From Fistulifera solaris (taxonomy: Eukaryota): 64,000 nt of DNA. The notes below the pieces were generated by a model. That model saw only the letters and a program-made list of their open reading frames with translations. It did no database searches and was not told the DNA's origin. Made by a program: the position numbers and the translations under genes. Position 1 is the stretch's first letter; each line of letters opens with the position of its first letter. The stretch covers positions 620,001 to 684,000 of the forward strand of contig AP026164.1 of the NCBI GenBank assembly GCA_030295235.1, read 5' to 3'. Below are positions 12,530 to 25,730 of the stretch, piece by piece.

Positions 12530-13770
12530 ATGGAGGACGAACGGTTTGCTCATGATGAGCAAGATGAGGACGACATGCAGATTGTCGATAGTGACGACGA
12601 AAATTCCGACGACGACGATGAAATGGACAACATCGATGATTCTGAAAATCCACCGGCCCCAACTGAAGAAGATGCCGCCATTGATAGAAGGCGGGCGATC
12701 CAGCAAGTCATGGCGGATACTTCAATTAGTCCAGATGAGAAACGTTTCCGGATACAGGCTATCATGAGCGGCAATCGCACCGTAATTGCACCTGCACCGG
12801 CCCCAATTCAGGCCGCCGTCGAAGCGAACGCAACTTGTGTCCACTACGAGAGAAATTGCAATATAGTTGCCCCGTGCTGTGGTCGAATCTTCGGTTGTCG
12901 TATCTGTCATGATGAATTGAGTGCACCGGGACACCCACCTATGAATCGATTTTTGATCCGAGAGATCGTCTGTAAGAATTGCCATACCAGACAACCCACA
13001 TCGTAAGTATGACTAACTTTCGTGACGTTGATCAACTTGTCATACCTCATTTTTCACTTTATTTTTTGAAGTAACAATTGTATTCACTGTCACAGTATAT
13101 TCGGTGAATTTCATTGTAATATTTGCAACTTATGGATGTCAACGGTAAGTTTCGATTTGCAGTCTTACAATCGCATGGACGAACCGTCTTCTTAATTTCC
13201 ATCAATACGTTTAGGGCAAGAAGCCGTTTCATTGCGATCTGTGCGGCTTTTGTCGAGTGGGAGGCATGGAGTCCTTCCGTCATTGTAATCAATGCTGCAT
13301 GTGTATCTCGGTTAGTGTTTTTGATACCCATCATTGTTTTAAAGACAAATACAAAAATAGTTGCCCAGTGTGCCGCGAAGATATGTTCTCCTCTCGGCAA
13401 GCACCTCAAGACTTGCCTTGCGGACACGCCATTCATGCTCACTGCTTCCGTAAGCTAGCGGGGTTCGATTATCGGTGCCCTATCTGCAAAAAAGACAGTG
13501 GTCAGTCAGCAATCGATGGCCGCGGCCTGGGAAGCCAGAGCTCGTGACATTGCGGAGCATCCCATGCCGGCTGACCTGCACCGAATCGTTGATATCATGT
13601 GCAACGACTGCGAAGTGAAGTCGCACAATTGCCAATGGCACTTTCTCGGGATCCAGTGCCCTGGATGCTCGTCATTCAATACCGTCGTTGAGAATGTTGT
13701 GGCCTCTGGGCCCGATGCTGCACCGTCAAGGAACGACGGAGGTGCCCCTAGCAACGCTGGAGGTGCATAG
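12530..13770 (+). CDS. CHY zinc finger / RING / zinc-ribbon E3 ligase (Pirh2/RCHY1-like), copy B
   Basis: CHY, CTCHY, RING (CPVCREDM...LPCGHAIH...CPIC) and C-terminal CNDC...CPGCSSFNT. Introns 13003..13071 and 13145..13214. Frameshift in the A-run at ~13490. Confidence 0.9.
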
Positions 13771-14004
13771 TCGTGCGATGTGTTTCAAGAGCCGATATCC
13801 AGCAGCCCGACTTCCTCATTATCAGCATGTCGCATTTTCCTTGCAAGGGCATTGACATGAGCTGCATTTTAGCTACCATGCTTATCATGGGAAGACGACA
13901 TCACAAGTATCCGGTCATGAATACAATCTTGTTTGTTACACCTTGTTGTATAGTATGTCAAAATGACTTCATCAAACTTCCCATTACCATTATCAAGCTA
14001 ATAA

Positions 14005-14707
14005 TTATCGTCTTCCGTGACCGGGTTGATTCGTACGACGACCTGGGGCTCTTCCCAATTGAAACTGTTCATGGAAGGAGAGCCCATCATCGAGCTGACT
14101 AGCCGTGTCTTCACCCGGCTTGGTCATTTCCTCCACCAATTCTTCCGCTTCCACGATTGCTTTCAACACTTCGCGCTTGTTAGACTCGCACAACATTCCT
14201 CCGATGAACATTTCGAACAGAATTAATAATGACTTGTGCAGTGAAAAGACCAAGTCCAATTCGCAGACTGCGTTACCAAGATGATGATCTCGTGTGAGAC
14301 GCCCAAGACAAAGATGAACGTAGCGGTGACTTCAAACATAACTCACCGGAATTGAAATATCCATCCAATGCTTCCACGAAGAGATGAATTTGCTCCAACA
14401 CAATCAATTCATTCATCCCTTCGGGGACACCGACCACAAAGTACAGCGAGGCATATCGGCGATACACGAACTTGTAGGTGCCTTTCTCAATAATGTTGCA
14501 CATTTTCGGCGCCCGCGGCAATATATCCGAAGAAATGTCGCGAAGAATGCGTCGTTTATCCGATTCCGAATAGGAGGAGAAGAACTCGCTGAGGCGAATT
14601 TTGCCTTGACGTGACATGAGCACGATAAAATTCCATCCACACGCCGCCAAATTGGGGTTTGCAGCAATCGCTTCCCCCGTCATATCTGTCATTGTTGTCG
14701 TCGGCAT
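14005..14707 (-). CDS. Clathrin adaptor complex small (sigma) subunit, AP-1-like
   Basis: SRQGKIRL...VYRRYASLYF...NEL..LE.IH.FVE.LD.YF|VCELDLVF. Intron 14346..14268. Confidence 0.88.
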
Positions 14708-15276
14708 TCTCGAATCGAAAATGAGGAAAGAGGAATGAAATATAAACACGAAACTACCCTACAATACTTCGTCGCCGTTGAATTTGTGCGTGCTTTGTTG
14801 TGATCGACGCCGTGTGTGGCGTGTTACTTGTTACTGCGTGTTTTCTAGCTAGTAACAGTACTGGTAAGACTTTTAACGAAATAGAACTGTAAAGAGGAAT
14901 GCGAATGGTCATTGCATCGAGCTATAAGCTGTAATGAAAAATGTAGGCGACCTTTCCAATCGTGTCCTACTGCGACAGGGGATGAGAACTGCCTCGGACA
15001 ATAATCAATCGGCTCATGACGAATATCTGTCAAGAATCTGTCAAGAACAAAAAAGATACTTGTACTTGGAACCTTTTTACTTATCGCGATGCTTACATTA
15101 CAATTACAACAGAAGGACGCCCATAATTTGACCGCAAAGGATGCTGCATCAAATTCTAAAGCGCGCAGTAACATCAAGGCGAAGTCTGTCATCTGTAGCT
15201 GATAGATGCAGCCTTAATCTAATCACAAGGTACGCCCAGATACATTTCATGATCTTTCTACTGCCAAACCCAAGAA

Positions 15277-16949
15277 ATGTCTCTGAACGTGTCGCTACCG
15301 ACAAAATTTCGTGACTCCAGTCCTTTTCCCCCTATTCCAGATGGACCTTTCCCTCCGTTGTTTGAATTCGTTTCGGAAAATTGGGCGATAAGTAAGGGTG
15401 GCTACCTGAACGAGAACAATGTTGCCATCATTGACGGCCACACAGGGATGCAACGTACGTTTGAAGATTACGCTACATCCACTGTCAATATGGCGACTTG
15501 TTTTGTACGTGAATTCGGAGTCGAAGAAAACGATACAGTGGCTTTGTATTGCCCGAATCACGTCGATTATGCTCCCATTACTCTCAGTGTTGCCCTCGCG
15601 GGAGCGAAATTAACACCATCAATCCGCTCTGTACGGTACAAGAGTTACCTGTCATTTTGCAACGCAGTCACGCCACAATCCTCATTGCGCATGCGAAAAC
15701 ACTTCTCGTGGCTTTGGAAGCCGTTAAAGAGTGTCCTCGTGTGCAGCATGTCATTGTCGTTACCGATGACAATGTTGACGCAGACGTACCCTACGGTGTG
15801 ATCAATTTGAAGCAGTTGCGACAATTCGAAAGCGACGAATCGCTTACTGCAACTCCACATGCTGTTCATCGGAGTACGTCACACCATCCTGTCATATTAC
15901 CCTATTCTTCGGGCACGACAGGCATGCCAAAGGGAGTGTGTCTGACGCATTCGAATATTGTCGCCAATCTCTTGCAATTTGATCAAGTAGAAAGCATAGG
16001 CTTTCCTCCCGATCACAAGTTGATCAGTCCCCTACCCTTCTTTCACATTTACGCATTCACAGTTAGCATGTTGTTTCCAGCATGGAAAGGACATACGGTC
16101 ATTACTTCCAGTGGCCGTTTCGATCTACTTGAATTCTGCCAGCTGATAGAAACACATCGACCCAGAAGGGCGCATTTGGTACCACCGATTTTATTGGGAT
16201 TGGCGAAACATCCCAGTGTCGATAATTACGACTTGTCATCACTTGGTATGATCATCAGCGCGGCCGCTCCGCTGAGTAGCGAAACGGAAAAGGCCGTCAT
16301 GGATCGGCTTCCTCACACAAAAGTAAAACAAGGATGGGGTATGTCCGAACTATCACCCATTGGTGCCATGAATTCTGACTTTGCGTCAAAGAGCGGGAGC
16401 GTCGGACCGGTCGTGAGTTCTACCATTGCCAAGGTGGTCGATGAGCACGGGAATAGTTTACCACCGCATCAGTCGGGTGAGTTGTACATCAAGGGACCAC
16501 AGGTAATGATGGGCTACTTAAACGATCCAGACAAAACTGCAGAATGTCTAACAGAAACGGGCTGGCTTCGAACCGGTGATCTAGTGCATTATGACGACGA
16601 GGGTTATCTCTTCATTACTGATCGAGTGAAAGAGTTGATAAAGGTACGAGGCTATCCCGTTGCACCTGCCGAATTGGAAGCGGTACTTTTGAGACATCCT
16701 GCTGTAGCAGATGCGGCCGTTGTTTCTGTTCTCGACGAGGAGTCGGGAGAGTTACCAAGAGCTTTTGTCACGCTGAAGGCAGACAAAGAAATTTCGGATA
16801 AGGTGTTGTACGAGTTTGTCAAAGACCAAGTAGCGCCATACAAACGCTTGGATGGAGGTATTGCTTTCGTAGACGAGATCCCGAAATCGGCGAGTGGAAA
16901 AATCCTACGACGAATCTTGAGAGACCAGGTGCGGCAGGAACACAAGTAG
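15277..16949 (+). CDS. 4-coumarate:CoA ligase-like acyl-CoA synthetase (ANL family)
   Basis: LPYSSGTTGMPKGV, QGWGMSE, GWLRTGD and PKSASGKILRR. ORFs 15277..15801 and 15549..16949 are joined by one frameshift near 15618. Confidence 0.9.
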
Positions 16950-17389
16950 AGGCCGAGCCGAAGACAAGATCGAATATTCAAGCGAGTTTAGTTGTTATTC
17001 TCGTTACATAGACCCGCTAGGATGTTTAAAGAAGATGTCGGTCTTGTTATTATGGAGGTACATTTTCATACTTTTTCCTTGATTTTGAACCTTAGTATTC
17101 TTTCTGCAACGGACCACGTGGAAGCTTTGTTCGTTCGTGGTACCGGTACAGACGACCTCCTTTGCTCTGCCTCCCTGCATTTCTCGTCCCATTCATGCGC
17201 ACTCGCACGCTGCACGCAGGCCTTTTTTATAGATCGCGGAACGAACCGTGGCAACGACGCTCTCTCCATTTTCTTATTTCAATTGCGAATCCTTCGGAGT
17301 AGTTCCTCTTTGATTCTTTACAAGCATCATATACGCAACAATAGACTTTACGCGACCAGTAACCACTCTCTAGATTCAAAAAGCAAAAA

Positions 17390-18019
17390 ATGATATTTAA
17401 ACTCGTTACAAGCTTCATGTTGTTCTGTAATATTGCAGCGGAAGTCATTGTTCTAACCGACAAGACTTTTGAACATCAAACACAAGCTTCCACAGGACAG
17501 ACAACTGGAAAGTGGCTCGTTATGTTTTCAGCGCCCTGGTGTGGACGGACGTGTGCGGAAATGATCCCGACGTTGGAACAGCTGGAAAAGAGTGTCGGAG
17601 ATGGCTCGGTCCTCGTAGCTACCGTCAACACCCTGGAGAACCTGGAATTAGCGGATCGCTTCGGCATTTTGTCCCAACCGACGCTTGTTTTCTTTGCGGA
17701 TCGTAAGATGTACAAGTACCGAGGATTAAAAACGCTGGAGGCCATACAACAGTTTGTCGAGGGTGGCTACAAAGATGCTGTCGCACTGCCAGTACCAGCG
17801 CCCCCTAGTTTCTTGGATGTTACGAAACGAAAGATTGAACGCCTATTCGATGAAAACAAAGAGTTGCGCTTTCTTCGTGAAGATTTTCAGCACATTGTGG
17901 CTGTACGTAAGAACGCGGCAGTGATACTTATGATTCTGGGAGCCATACTCGGCATGTTCATTACATGCACCTTGTCGTGCCTCTTTTCGTCCAAGAAAGG
18001 AAAAGTGAAGCAAAGCTAG
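17390..18019 (+). CDS. Membrane-anchored thioredoxin-domain protein (TMX-like)
   Basis: Signal peptide, FSAPWCGRTC active-site region, C-terminal TM helix and Lys-rich tail (KKGKVKQS). Confidence 0.8.
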   Translation: MIFKLVTSFMLFCNIAAEVIVLTDKTFEHQTQASTGQTTGKWLVMFSAPWCGRTCAEMIPTLEQLEKSVGDGSVLVATVNTLENLELADRFGILSQPTLVFFADRKMYKYRGLKTLEAIQQFVEGGYKDAVALPVPAPPSFLDVTKRKIERLFDENKELRFLREDFQHIVAVRKNAAVILMILGAILGMFITCTLSCLFSSKKGKVKQS

Positions 18020-18132
18020 AGCATGACGAAGAGTTATGATTTTAAACTGAGACTTCAATACACCTAATCCATTTAGTAATGTGTCCTTCAAATAAATCGT
18101 TTTTGAACATTTATCTCGCATTAGAAAAAGTA

Positions 18133-18873
18133 TCATGACGAAGCAGCTTTTGCTCGCTGGTCTCTTTCTTTCATCTTTCCTTCAAATGTAAGCTTTTGCG
18201 TTCGAGAAGCAGCACGTCGAATGTCATCGACCGAGGGCAAATCTCCCATGTCATCTTTCAAACCGGCAACCGTGCGATACTTCGACAAGGCCTCGGACAT
18301 ACCTTCGAGAGCTTCGGTAGCCAATGCCGTGTCTTTCTTGGTAATCGCTTTAAGCAGACGCTTCTGATTTGTCTCAAATTGATCAGCGCACACATACATA
18401 TCTTTGGTATACGACACTTTAACATTGGTGCCGCCACCGGTCAGCGAAGACGTATACAATTTGAGAGGTAAAATCGTATCATCCGCAACGGTTTTCGCAA
18501 AGCTATCTACGGCCTCCCAGTCCTGTGACCCCAGTAGATCAGCGACATTGGGGATCATGTTACTGCATTTTTGAATGCGAGGCAAGTAGCGCTTCTTGTT
18601 GGTGGGGTAGTAGTAGTTGGAACGCAAGTTGGGTTCGATGACGGACTCGGATTTTTTCTGCGGCACGACGGGAGTAATGGGCTTTTTCGATTCTTCTTGA
18701 ACAATTTTGGTCGGATCTGTTCCAAACTCATCCAACAAACCAGCATTGGCCAACGTAGGTGCACATGCCGATGCGGCAGCCACTTGGCCAAGGAACGATC
18801 GACGATTGACCGAATAAGCCACAATGCCGGGCGTTGTGACTGCGCCGATGAGAGCAACTGTGCTTATCTTCAT
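18133..18873 (-). CDS. Probable thylakoid-lumen protein, possibly PsbQ-like
   Basis: Signal-like start ending VAY, twin-arginine NRRSFL plus a hydrophobic stretch ending ANA, then an apparently helical mature part (RYLPRI...QDWEAV). Confidence 0.55.
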   Translation of the reverse strand: MKISTVALIGAVTTPGIVAYSVNRRSFLGQVAAASACAPTLANAGLLDEFGTDPTKIVQEESKKPITPVVPQKKSESVIEPNLRSNYYYPTNKKRYLPRIQKCSNMIPNVADLLGSQDWEAVDSFAKTVADDTILPLKLYTSSLTGGGTNVKVSYTKDMYVCADQFETNQKRLLKAITKKDTALATEALEGMSEALSKYRTVAGLKDDMGDLPSVDDIRRAASRTQKLTFEGKMKERDQRAKAASS

Positions 18874-20535
18874 TTCTTAAAAAAATGGAGTTCCAAGATA
18901 ATTCTTTCGTTATCAAGTGCACTGCCGAGAGTTTAAAATAATTTTTCGATGTTGATGAGAACGCTAATAAGAATAAACTTACGTGAACGAGTGATCGATG
19001 ACGTAAGACCACGAAGCACGAAGGGATGACCGACGACGACACACCTTCCGGGACCCGGGAATCGACTTACTTCACATTTTACAATGACCAAGTTCCAATG
19101 TGCGCGGCTAAAGTAACTTATGAATTATGAAACTTCCTTCGAAATCGTCTATGGCTCGTTGCCGCAAGCTGGTGTTGTTTTTAGGTGAAGTAGAACTGAG
19201 CAAATTTTTGAACGCAAAAGGGACTGACAATTAAGATATTACCACATTTATCAGGATCAATCAGACACAAGCACTCCCACAAAATGCCTCACTGGACGTT
19301 ACCCGAAATGGACGGCAAGCGAAAAATACTCCGACGTACGACGTAGACATAACGGTCATTGTTGGACAGAAGACGGAAGATTGTATTGCTGGAGAGGCTC
19401 CGTGACGGGCAGTTTTAGCAGCTTTTAACGATTGTTTGTGTATGCATAAAAGTTCGGCAAGACATTAGGAAATGACCAGGTTTGTGCTTGCTCAAAAGCT
19501 GATCGAGATTGTCTGAGTTCTGGCGTTAGTACTTTGTGTTCTCTCGAAAGTAACGAATTACCCTAGAAGAGGATACGTAACACTTCCGTCCTTTCATTCG
19601 AATAAACCAGCCACGTGCAGTTCTCATAAACAAAAGCCATTATTGGGTATATCCTGGTAGTTACAAGTCCTTCGGATATACTTCCGTTGTGTTAGTTTTG
19701 GGGAGCTGTTTGTCACCTCCTTGTCTGACACAAACGACAAGGACGAGTTCTTCATTAATGATATTTCCCTATCAAAGAATAAGTTGAACGTCTAAGACGG
19801 CCATCTTTCGTATGAAGTGGCCAAGGATCAGAGAAAACTATGTTGATTGACGATTGATGATGCATGTCGACTTTGTTTCATGCAATCTTGGTCACTTTCA
19901 CGGGCCTCGGTCGACTCGAATTGACCGCAAGAGTGTCCACTTATCAGCATTAAACGGTAAAATGCACGCCTATGGCGTTGTTTTCGTCGTCATACCATAT
20001 TATTGAGGAAGAGTGATAATATAAATCAACGAAATGCGATGGAAAGGTTTTCCGTCCCAAAATCGATTGTTGCAAGCGAATGAAGTGGGTGCAAAGACTA
20101 AGCTAAAGATTGGGCCATAAATCATGGGCAATCCCCTTGCGTTTTGGAGCATAATTACACGGTTTACTACACTAGCTCTGTAAAGTATGTTTCAAAGCCA
20201 TGTAAGTCAAATAAGTAGTCTTGACTTCGAAGCGGTACTTCAATGCTGAGACATGTCGGAACGCGTATCGAAAATGTGTCCCAGGATGCACGGACAGGCT
20301 GGACCCTCTTTCGGACTCGTGACCAAATTGATAGATCGTGACTCGTATCATTGTACTACTTTTCCAATAGTCGACGTTTGGCATCGACGGATGATGGCGG
20401 TTGGTGGTGCGCGTCGCGTGACGATTGACGACGATGGCTTTTTTTCGCCGTGCAACATAACGCAACATTATTGCTTCTTTCCTTCGCCTTTGTCGGATCG
20501 TTCACAAGCAAATTCATTAATACGAAAACACCACA

Positions 20536-21627
20536 ATGAACACTCTTAAAACAACCAATCTTCTTCGCATGGCGGGTCGCCATATTGGTAGCGGTGGACG
20601 TCGTGGTCTTTCTACTAGTACGGCGGCCTTTCGACAGGGCACCAGTAACACGAGCAAATCGCTTTTGACGGCGGCTGGGTTGGCTGTTGCGGCTACGACT
20701 ATTGTAGAGTTGCAGCGTCAGGAGGTATGTGTGATTTTTCATTGATAAATGAAATTGTGTATTATCTCGTGTCCTTGTTGCATATTGATGATTTTGTGTC
20801 ATTCCTTCTCACATACTCACCACTATCCATCCTTCCGTACGACGATATAGACACAGATTACGTGGAACTCGTTTTTTGGATCCACCGAAAAAGCAGTCAA
20901 GGCTGTCGAAGACAAGTTCGGAAAGTATTGGCCGCGCAACATTTTGATTTTGTTCGGACCTCCTGGTGCTGGCAAGGGAACACACGGTCCTGCCATTCAA
21001 GACATGTTGGGATTGCCGCAGCTATCGACTGGCGATATGTTGCGTGCGGCTGTGGCGGCCAAAACCGAAGTTGGTAAGCAAGCAGACGCTATCATGAAAG
21101 CGGGTGGTCTTGTTTCGGACGATATTGTTGTGGCGATCATCAAAGAGCGCATCAAGGATGAGGACTGCAAATTCGGTTTCATTCTAGATGGATTTCCACG
21201 CACTCTGCAACAAGCCAAAGCGTTAGATAAAATGTTAGCTGAGGAAGGAACTTGTGTCAGTAAAGTCATTGAGTTGCAAGTTCCCGATTCGGTTCTCGAG
21301 GAGCGCATCTGCGGACGTTGGATTCACAAGGAATCGGGACGTTCCTTCCATGTGAAATACGCGCCTCCCAAGTCGATGAAACTCGATAAAAACGGAAAAG
21401 CCATCCCCGAAACGATGAAAGATGATGAAACTGGCGATTTGTTGATGCAGCGTAAGGATGACACTGCCGAGGCACTTGTTGCCCGTCTCAAAAGCTACCA
21501 CAAGGAAACGGTCCCTATCTTAACGCATTACAAGCCGCACGGAGTGGTACGAACAGTCAACGCCAACCAAGGAATGGAAGGAGTTTGGAAGGAAATCAAC
21601 GAAGCACTACAGCGGGGCGGAAAATAA
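20536..21627 (+). CDS. Adenylate kinase with mitochondrial-type presequence
   Basis: GPPGAGKGT, LSTGDMLR, GFILDGFPRT and LID RICGRWIH. Exon 1 20536..20724, intron 20725..20856, and a probable 1-nt deletion in the T-run at ~20875. Confidence 0.9.
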
Positions 21628-21708
21628 TTATTATTCTTATTAATGATAAGAGAACGTCATTTCAAAGCGGATAATGAAGCTTAGAAATAGTCTTACAATC
21701 ATTATATA

Positions 21709-23334
21709 TCACCTAGATCTTCTATTTCGAAAGCGTCGCAGAGGTCTTTGTATTCGAAGTCGAAACCAAATCCATAGTCGTCTTCTTGATGGGAATTGGA
21801 TCGCACCTGTTTCAAGTCCTTGTTGAACGAGCCCGGCCAAGAAACCAAGCGCCGCTCCTGCTAGAATTAACGTCAACTCATCTTCTTCAAAATGGGGATG
21901 CAATACGCGTTCGAATTGGCGACTAGTCATTCTTTCCATTCGAACACGTAAGGTGTCTTGCAAACCTAGTTGATTGTCCATGTACGAGTATGTGACCGGA
22001 ACATGCTGTGGAAGTTTTTCAATTGCAGCGTTTGACCATGAGGATATAGTCTCTGGCTTTAGTCCCAACATCGTTCCAAACGTAAGTTTGCTTAAAAATC
22101 GCTCGACATGATCACGAAATAGAGCAGCAAATGCGGGCTTGGTTTCCAGATCCGTAAGAACACTCTTCCAGAGCTGCTCAGCATTGAGGACGTTGTTGGC
22201 AAAATAGCTAGAAAACTCCTGGGCCACTTCTTTTTGACGACGTAGAAACATTCCCTGAATCGTTCCAAAAGGACCAAGTGACACCGGATCCACTGGCTGA
22301 AAAATCCACTTCAAGGCAAGCCAGTTTGTTGCCAAGCCGACGATCCCCCCACCGATGGATAAACTCCATGGATTCTCCCAAAACAAAGCGACCACCATCT
22401 GGATGATCCCCAACAAGAAACCAAACCACAAGCCACTATTTGTAAGAAAGTCCAATTCTTTTGCCCACACTTGCGAAATAAGATCCCCAGTTTACTTCGG
22501 TCTTGAAGCATTTGATTCACGACACAGTTTTGTAGATTGAAGACGGTATCGATGTTCGCTTGTATCGAAATCGTCAGTTGTCTGAGAAATTCTATGTTGA
22601 GATGTCGAACCGCGCCCTGGGAGATACCTCCCAGGCCGGACATTAGCACTGCCGGCCGGCCTGTCAACCATCCTGGAGCAACATCTTTCAAAACAGATCG
22701 AGTCAATGCAGGGACTTCTGGTGCCAGTAAGTTAGCCACCTGACCAGGATCTAACCGAGCGAATGCGTCCTTTACGCTAAGAAGCTGAGATGTAACCCTG
22801 AAGAAAAACGATTGAACGGCCTTTGAGTGCAAAACAACGCGAAATTCTGTCTCATTCATCGACTTACATGTGCACCATTGCTTCCGTCATCGGTCTCGTT
22901 TTGCAAGGTATGATACCTTGCCATCCAAGCAAGCCCAGTGGTACTTCCTGTCGACGATACAATGGAATTCCGCGAAATTCAATAGGATAAAATATCATTT
23001 GCACCGCCAGCCAGTTGGTGAACCACCCGACAAAGGCAGCGATGAGAGGAATCATAAGATGAGTTCCGGGTCGGTCTCTAAATTTCTGAATGGCGCGCGC
23101 AATAGGACCATCATGAGCACTGCTGTAAATTCTGGACTGAAACTTTTGACTGGGAAATTTCATAGCGCGGGCATACGTTTTCGGTAGCCTTGTGCTAGTG
23201 GGAGGATTTGTATTTAAGAGAGCATGACAACTTGGGTATCTTAGGCATAGAATTAGTAGGAGATATAGGTATTTCTGAAACCTTCGACCTTTTTCCGTCG
23301 TTACGTTCCCCATTTTAGATCGCTTTCGTTGCAA
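21709..23334 (-). CDS. DUF445-family membrane protein
   Basis: Two copies of the G(W/L)xTNWLA...F.P motif and C-terminal EEDELTLILAGAALG. One intron at ~22866-22797 and a frameshift near 22460. Confidence 0.75.
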
Positions 23335-23995
23335 TAAGATAGAGAACGACGAAGTGTATTCGAGTTGTCAAAGAATGCCGACACCACAACATCCATCACA
23401 AATCACAACACACTTTGTAAGCGACACCGCCGTTCAACGTTCCACCGAGCAAAAATTCAAAGAAACCATCAGTCGCAATCTGTCACACTGTTACCTAAGT
23501 CACTCTTTCCGGTCACGGAATTCAGTCACGTTTTTAGGATACGTTCATCGCACATGCCGAAAAAAGTTCAACTTCTCGGAATGCGTTCCGACACGAGTTT
23601 TGGCCCGCACTCGCGTGTACGTGGTCTCAGACACGGGACTCAACTGAGTCCATAACCGGAATGAACTGCATCGTATAGTAAAACTGTAGACGAGACTCGC
23701 CTGACTGACTGGACCTTCAGATATTCTAATTCAACTTGCATCACAACAACATTCATCTTTCGGATCATCCGTTTGGAAAGAAAGCAATTAGTCAATGAAC
23801 AAGTACTTGGCTTCATCATTTCAAGTATTAGAACTGAACTCGAAGGTAGAGCTAATCCGGAGTCTTGCCACCTTGCCAATAACAAAAGGTTTGCCAACGA
23901 ATTTCGAAACCTCGTGCTAAATAACAGAATCCGAGGCCGTTTTCAAGTAATTGTCTTTCGAATTGGCAGCTATCAAAGAACATATTCGAACTTAA

Positions 23996-25545
23996 ATGAC
24001 TGGATCACAGTTACTCACCGAGTCAAGTGACTTCCGAGAAATGAAGGAACTTCAAAAGACAACTGGTGCTTTCATTGAGGTATCGGAAGAAGCTGTCAGA
24101 AGGTTGAATTCCTCCACAAGCGTTACTTCTAGTCCATCAGCAAGTTGTTCGGGCTTTCCGAACGACCAGCCAAGCGAGTCTACGTCAACAACAACAGCAG
24201 CGACCAGCACAGATTCGGTTACTAACTCCACGGTCACCATTTCGAAGGCGACCAAGAAACAACTGCAAAAGCAAGAACGCGATGCGGCTCTGACGTATGT
24301 GTTGCAGCAGCAACTGGAGAGACAAATTGCTTACTACTTTTCACCCTCCAATATGAAAACAGATACGTATCTTCGAACTCTGCAGGAACTGAACGACGGC
24401 TGTGTCCCTGTGAGAGCCCTTGCTAATTTCGGTAAAGTGAAAGGAATTTTATGGGCGACACCTACGTTGACGAGGCAGTATCTAGAGGAGGAAGCGCGAA
24501 TGGACATGATTGTGCGGTCTATTCAGCAAAGTGAGACCTCCATCTTGCAAGTAGAAGAAATTGACACTTTGACTGGAAAGATCCTAGAGGAGAGCAATGA
24601 TCGACACGCCAGAAACACGATCGAAGGGATACGCATCAAGCCTGGTATTGAGTTGAGTATGGTTTCGTTTGGAGAGAGCAATGTCTCAAACAGCTTATCC
24701 GAGACAAATGTTAAAACAATACTTCTCCGAGATGTACACCCTGGTGTTAGTGAAGAGCAGGTTCGCCATTTACTGCTTAACGAAGTGGTAGATTGTCCTA
24801 GCGTCGTGAGCGTGCATCGAGACGTAGCAAACTGCTGGTGAGTGCGGCACTATTTGTACAGTACATGTTTCGCGACGACGCTATTGTGCTTATTAATTTG
24901 TTTCAATTTTCATGCAGGTTTATTAAGCTGGATTGTGACTCGAAGGAAACCATGCTGGCTGTCGTCATGCAACTGCGAAGTCTTACATTGGCGGGTGAGT
25001 ACATTCACGCCAGACTAAAATCTTCTACTCTTCACCAAGCTCCTCCCTTGGATCCTGTGGCAGTGGTGATTGCTGAGCAGGTCGCACGTAGGAGAAGGAA
25101 GAAGCGAGGACCTCGGCGGAATAAGAAGAAATCGCTAGAACTCGACAATCTGGTTCGAACTGGGGAACTGTCAAAGTCAGCAGGACCTCCCACACTAGAG
25201 GGTGATAACAAGCACAGCAGAGAAGTCAACGACCCACCTCGGCTGCTTGAAGAAAGTGACTTCCCAGGACTATCTGAAGAAACTGCGGACACGGTATCTT
25301 CGAACGAAAGAATTCGCTCATCATTAGAACCAAATAGCCCGACTGATTGTTTATGTTATAACGAAGTCCCTGGGAGATATGCTGCAGCTTTGCTTAAGCC
25401 AAAATCGTCTTCAAAGGAAGCTAGAGAAAATAAAGACGCCGCTCCCACTGGGGGCGGTCTCCAGGCAAAGTCTGCTGATGATCGGGGAAGAGCACAGCGG
25501 AAATCGTTCGCTGAGGCTGCGCGTGCTGTCTCCTTGAAGCCTTAA
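23996..25545 (+). CDS. La-related RNA-binding protein (La motif + RRM-like + low-complexity tail)
   Basis: LERQIAYYFSPSNMKTDTYL...VPVRALANFGKVK (La motif) and TILLRDV...W|FI (RRM). Intron 24838..24917. Confidence 0.75.
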
Positions 25546-25730
25546 TCCCGTTTGCTCTTATCTTTGACTCTTTGCCAATTGTTTACCGCATCGAACGAGT
25601 GCGCGATCCCGCGTATTGCAATATGGTCCTCCATATGTTGCTACTGACACATTAATAATATACTACAAGCCATTACTTAAGTTGAGCCGCGTTGTGTTTT
25701 TAAACTTTTCTGTCTTAGTAAGCTCTCTAG

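Noticed and set aside
15277..16949. Luciferase or peroxisomal enzyme linked to PEX6
   Set aside because: Generic ANL-family motifs only, and the C-terminus EHK is not a PTS1.
19043..20500. Long ORF-poor interval as a possible ncRNA or degraded element
   Set aside because: No repeats, RNA boxes or protein motifs that I can support.
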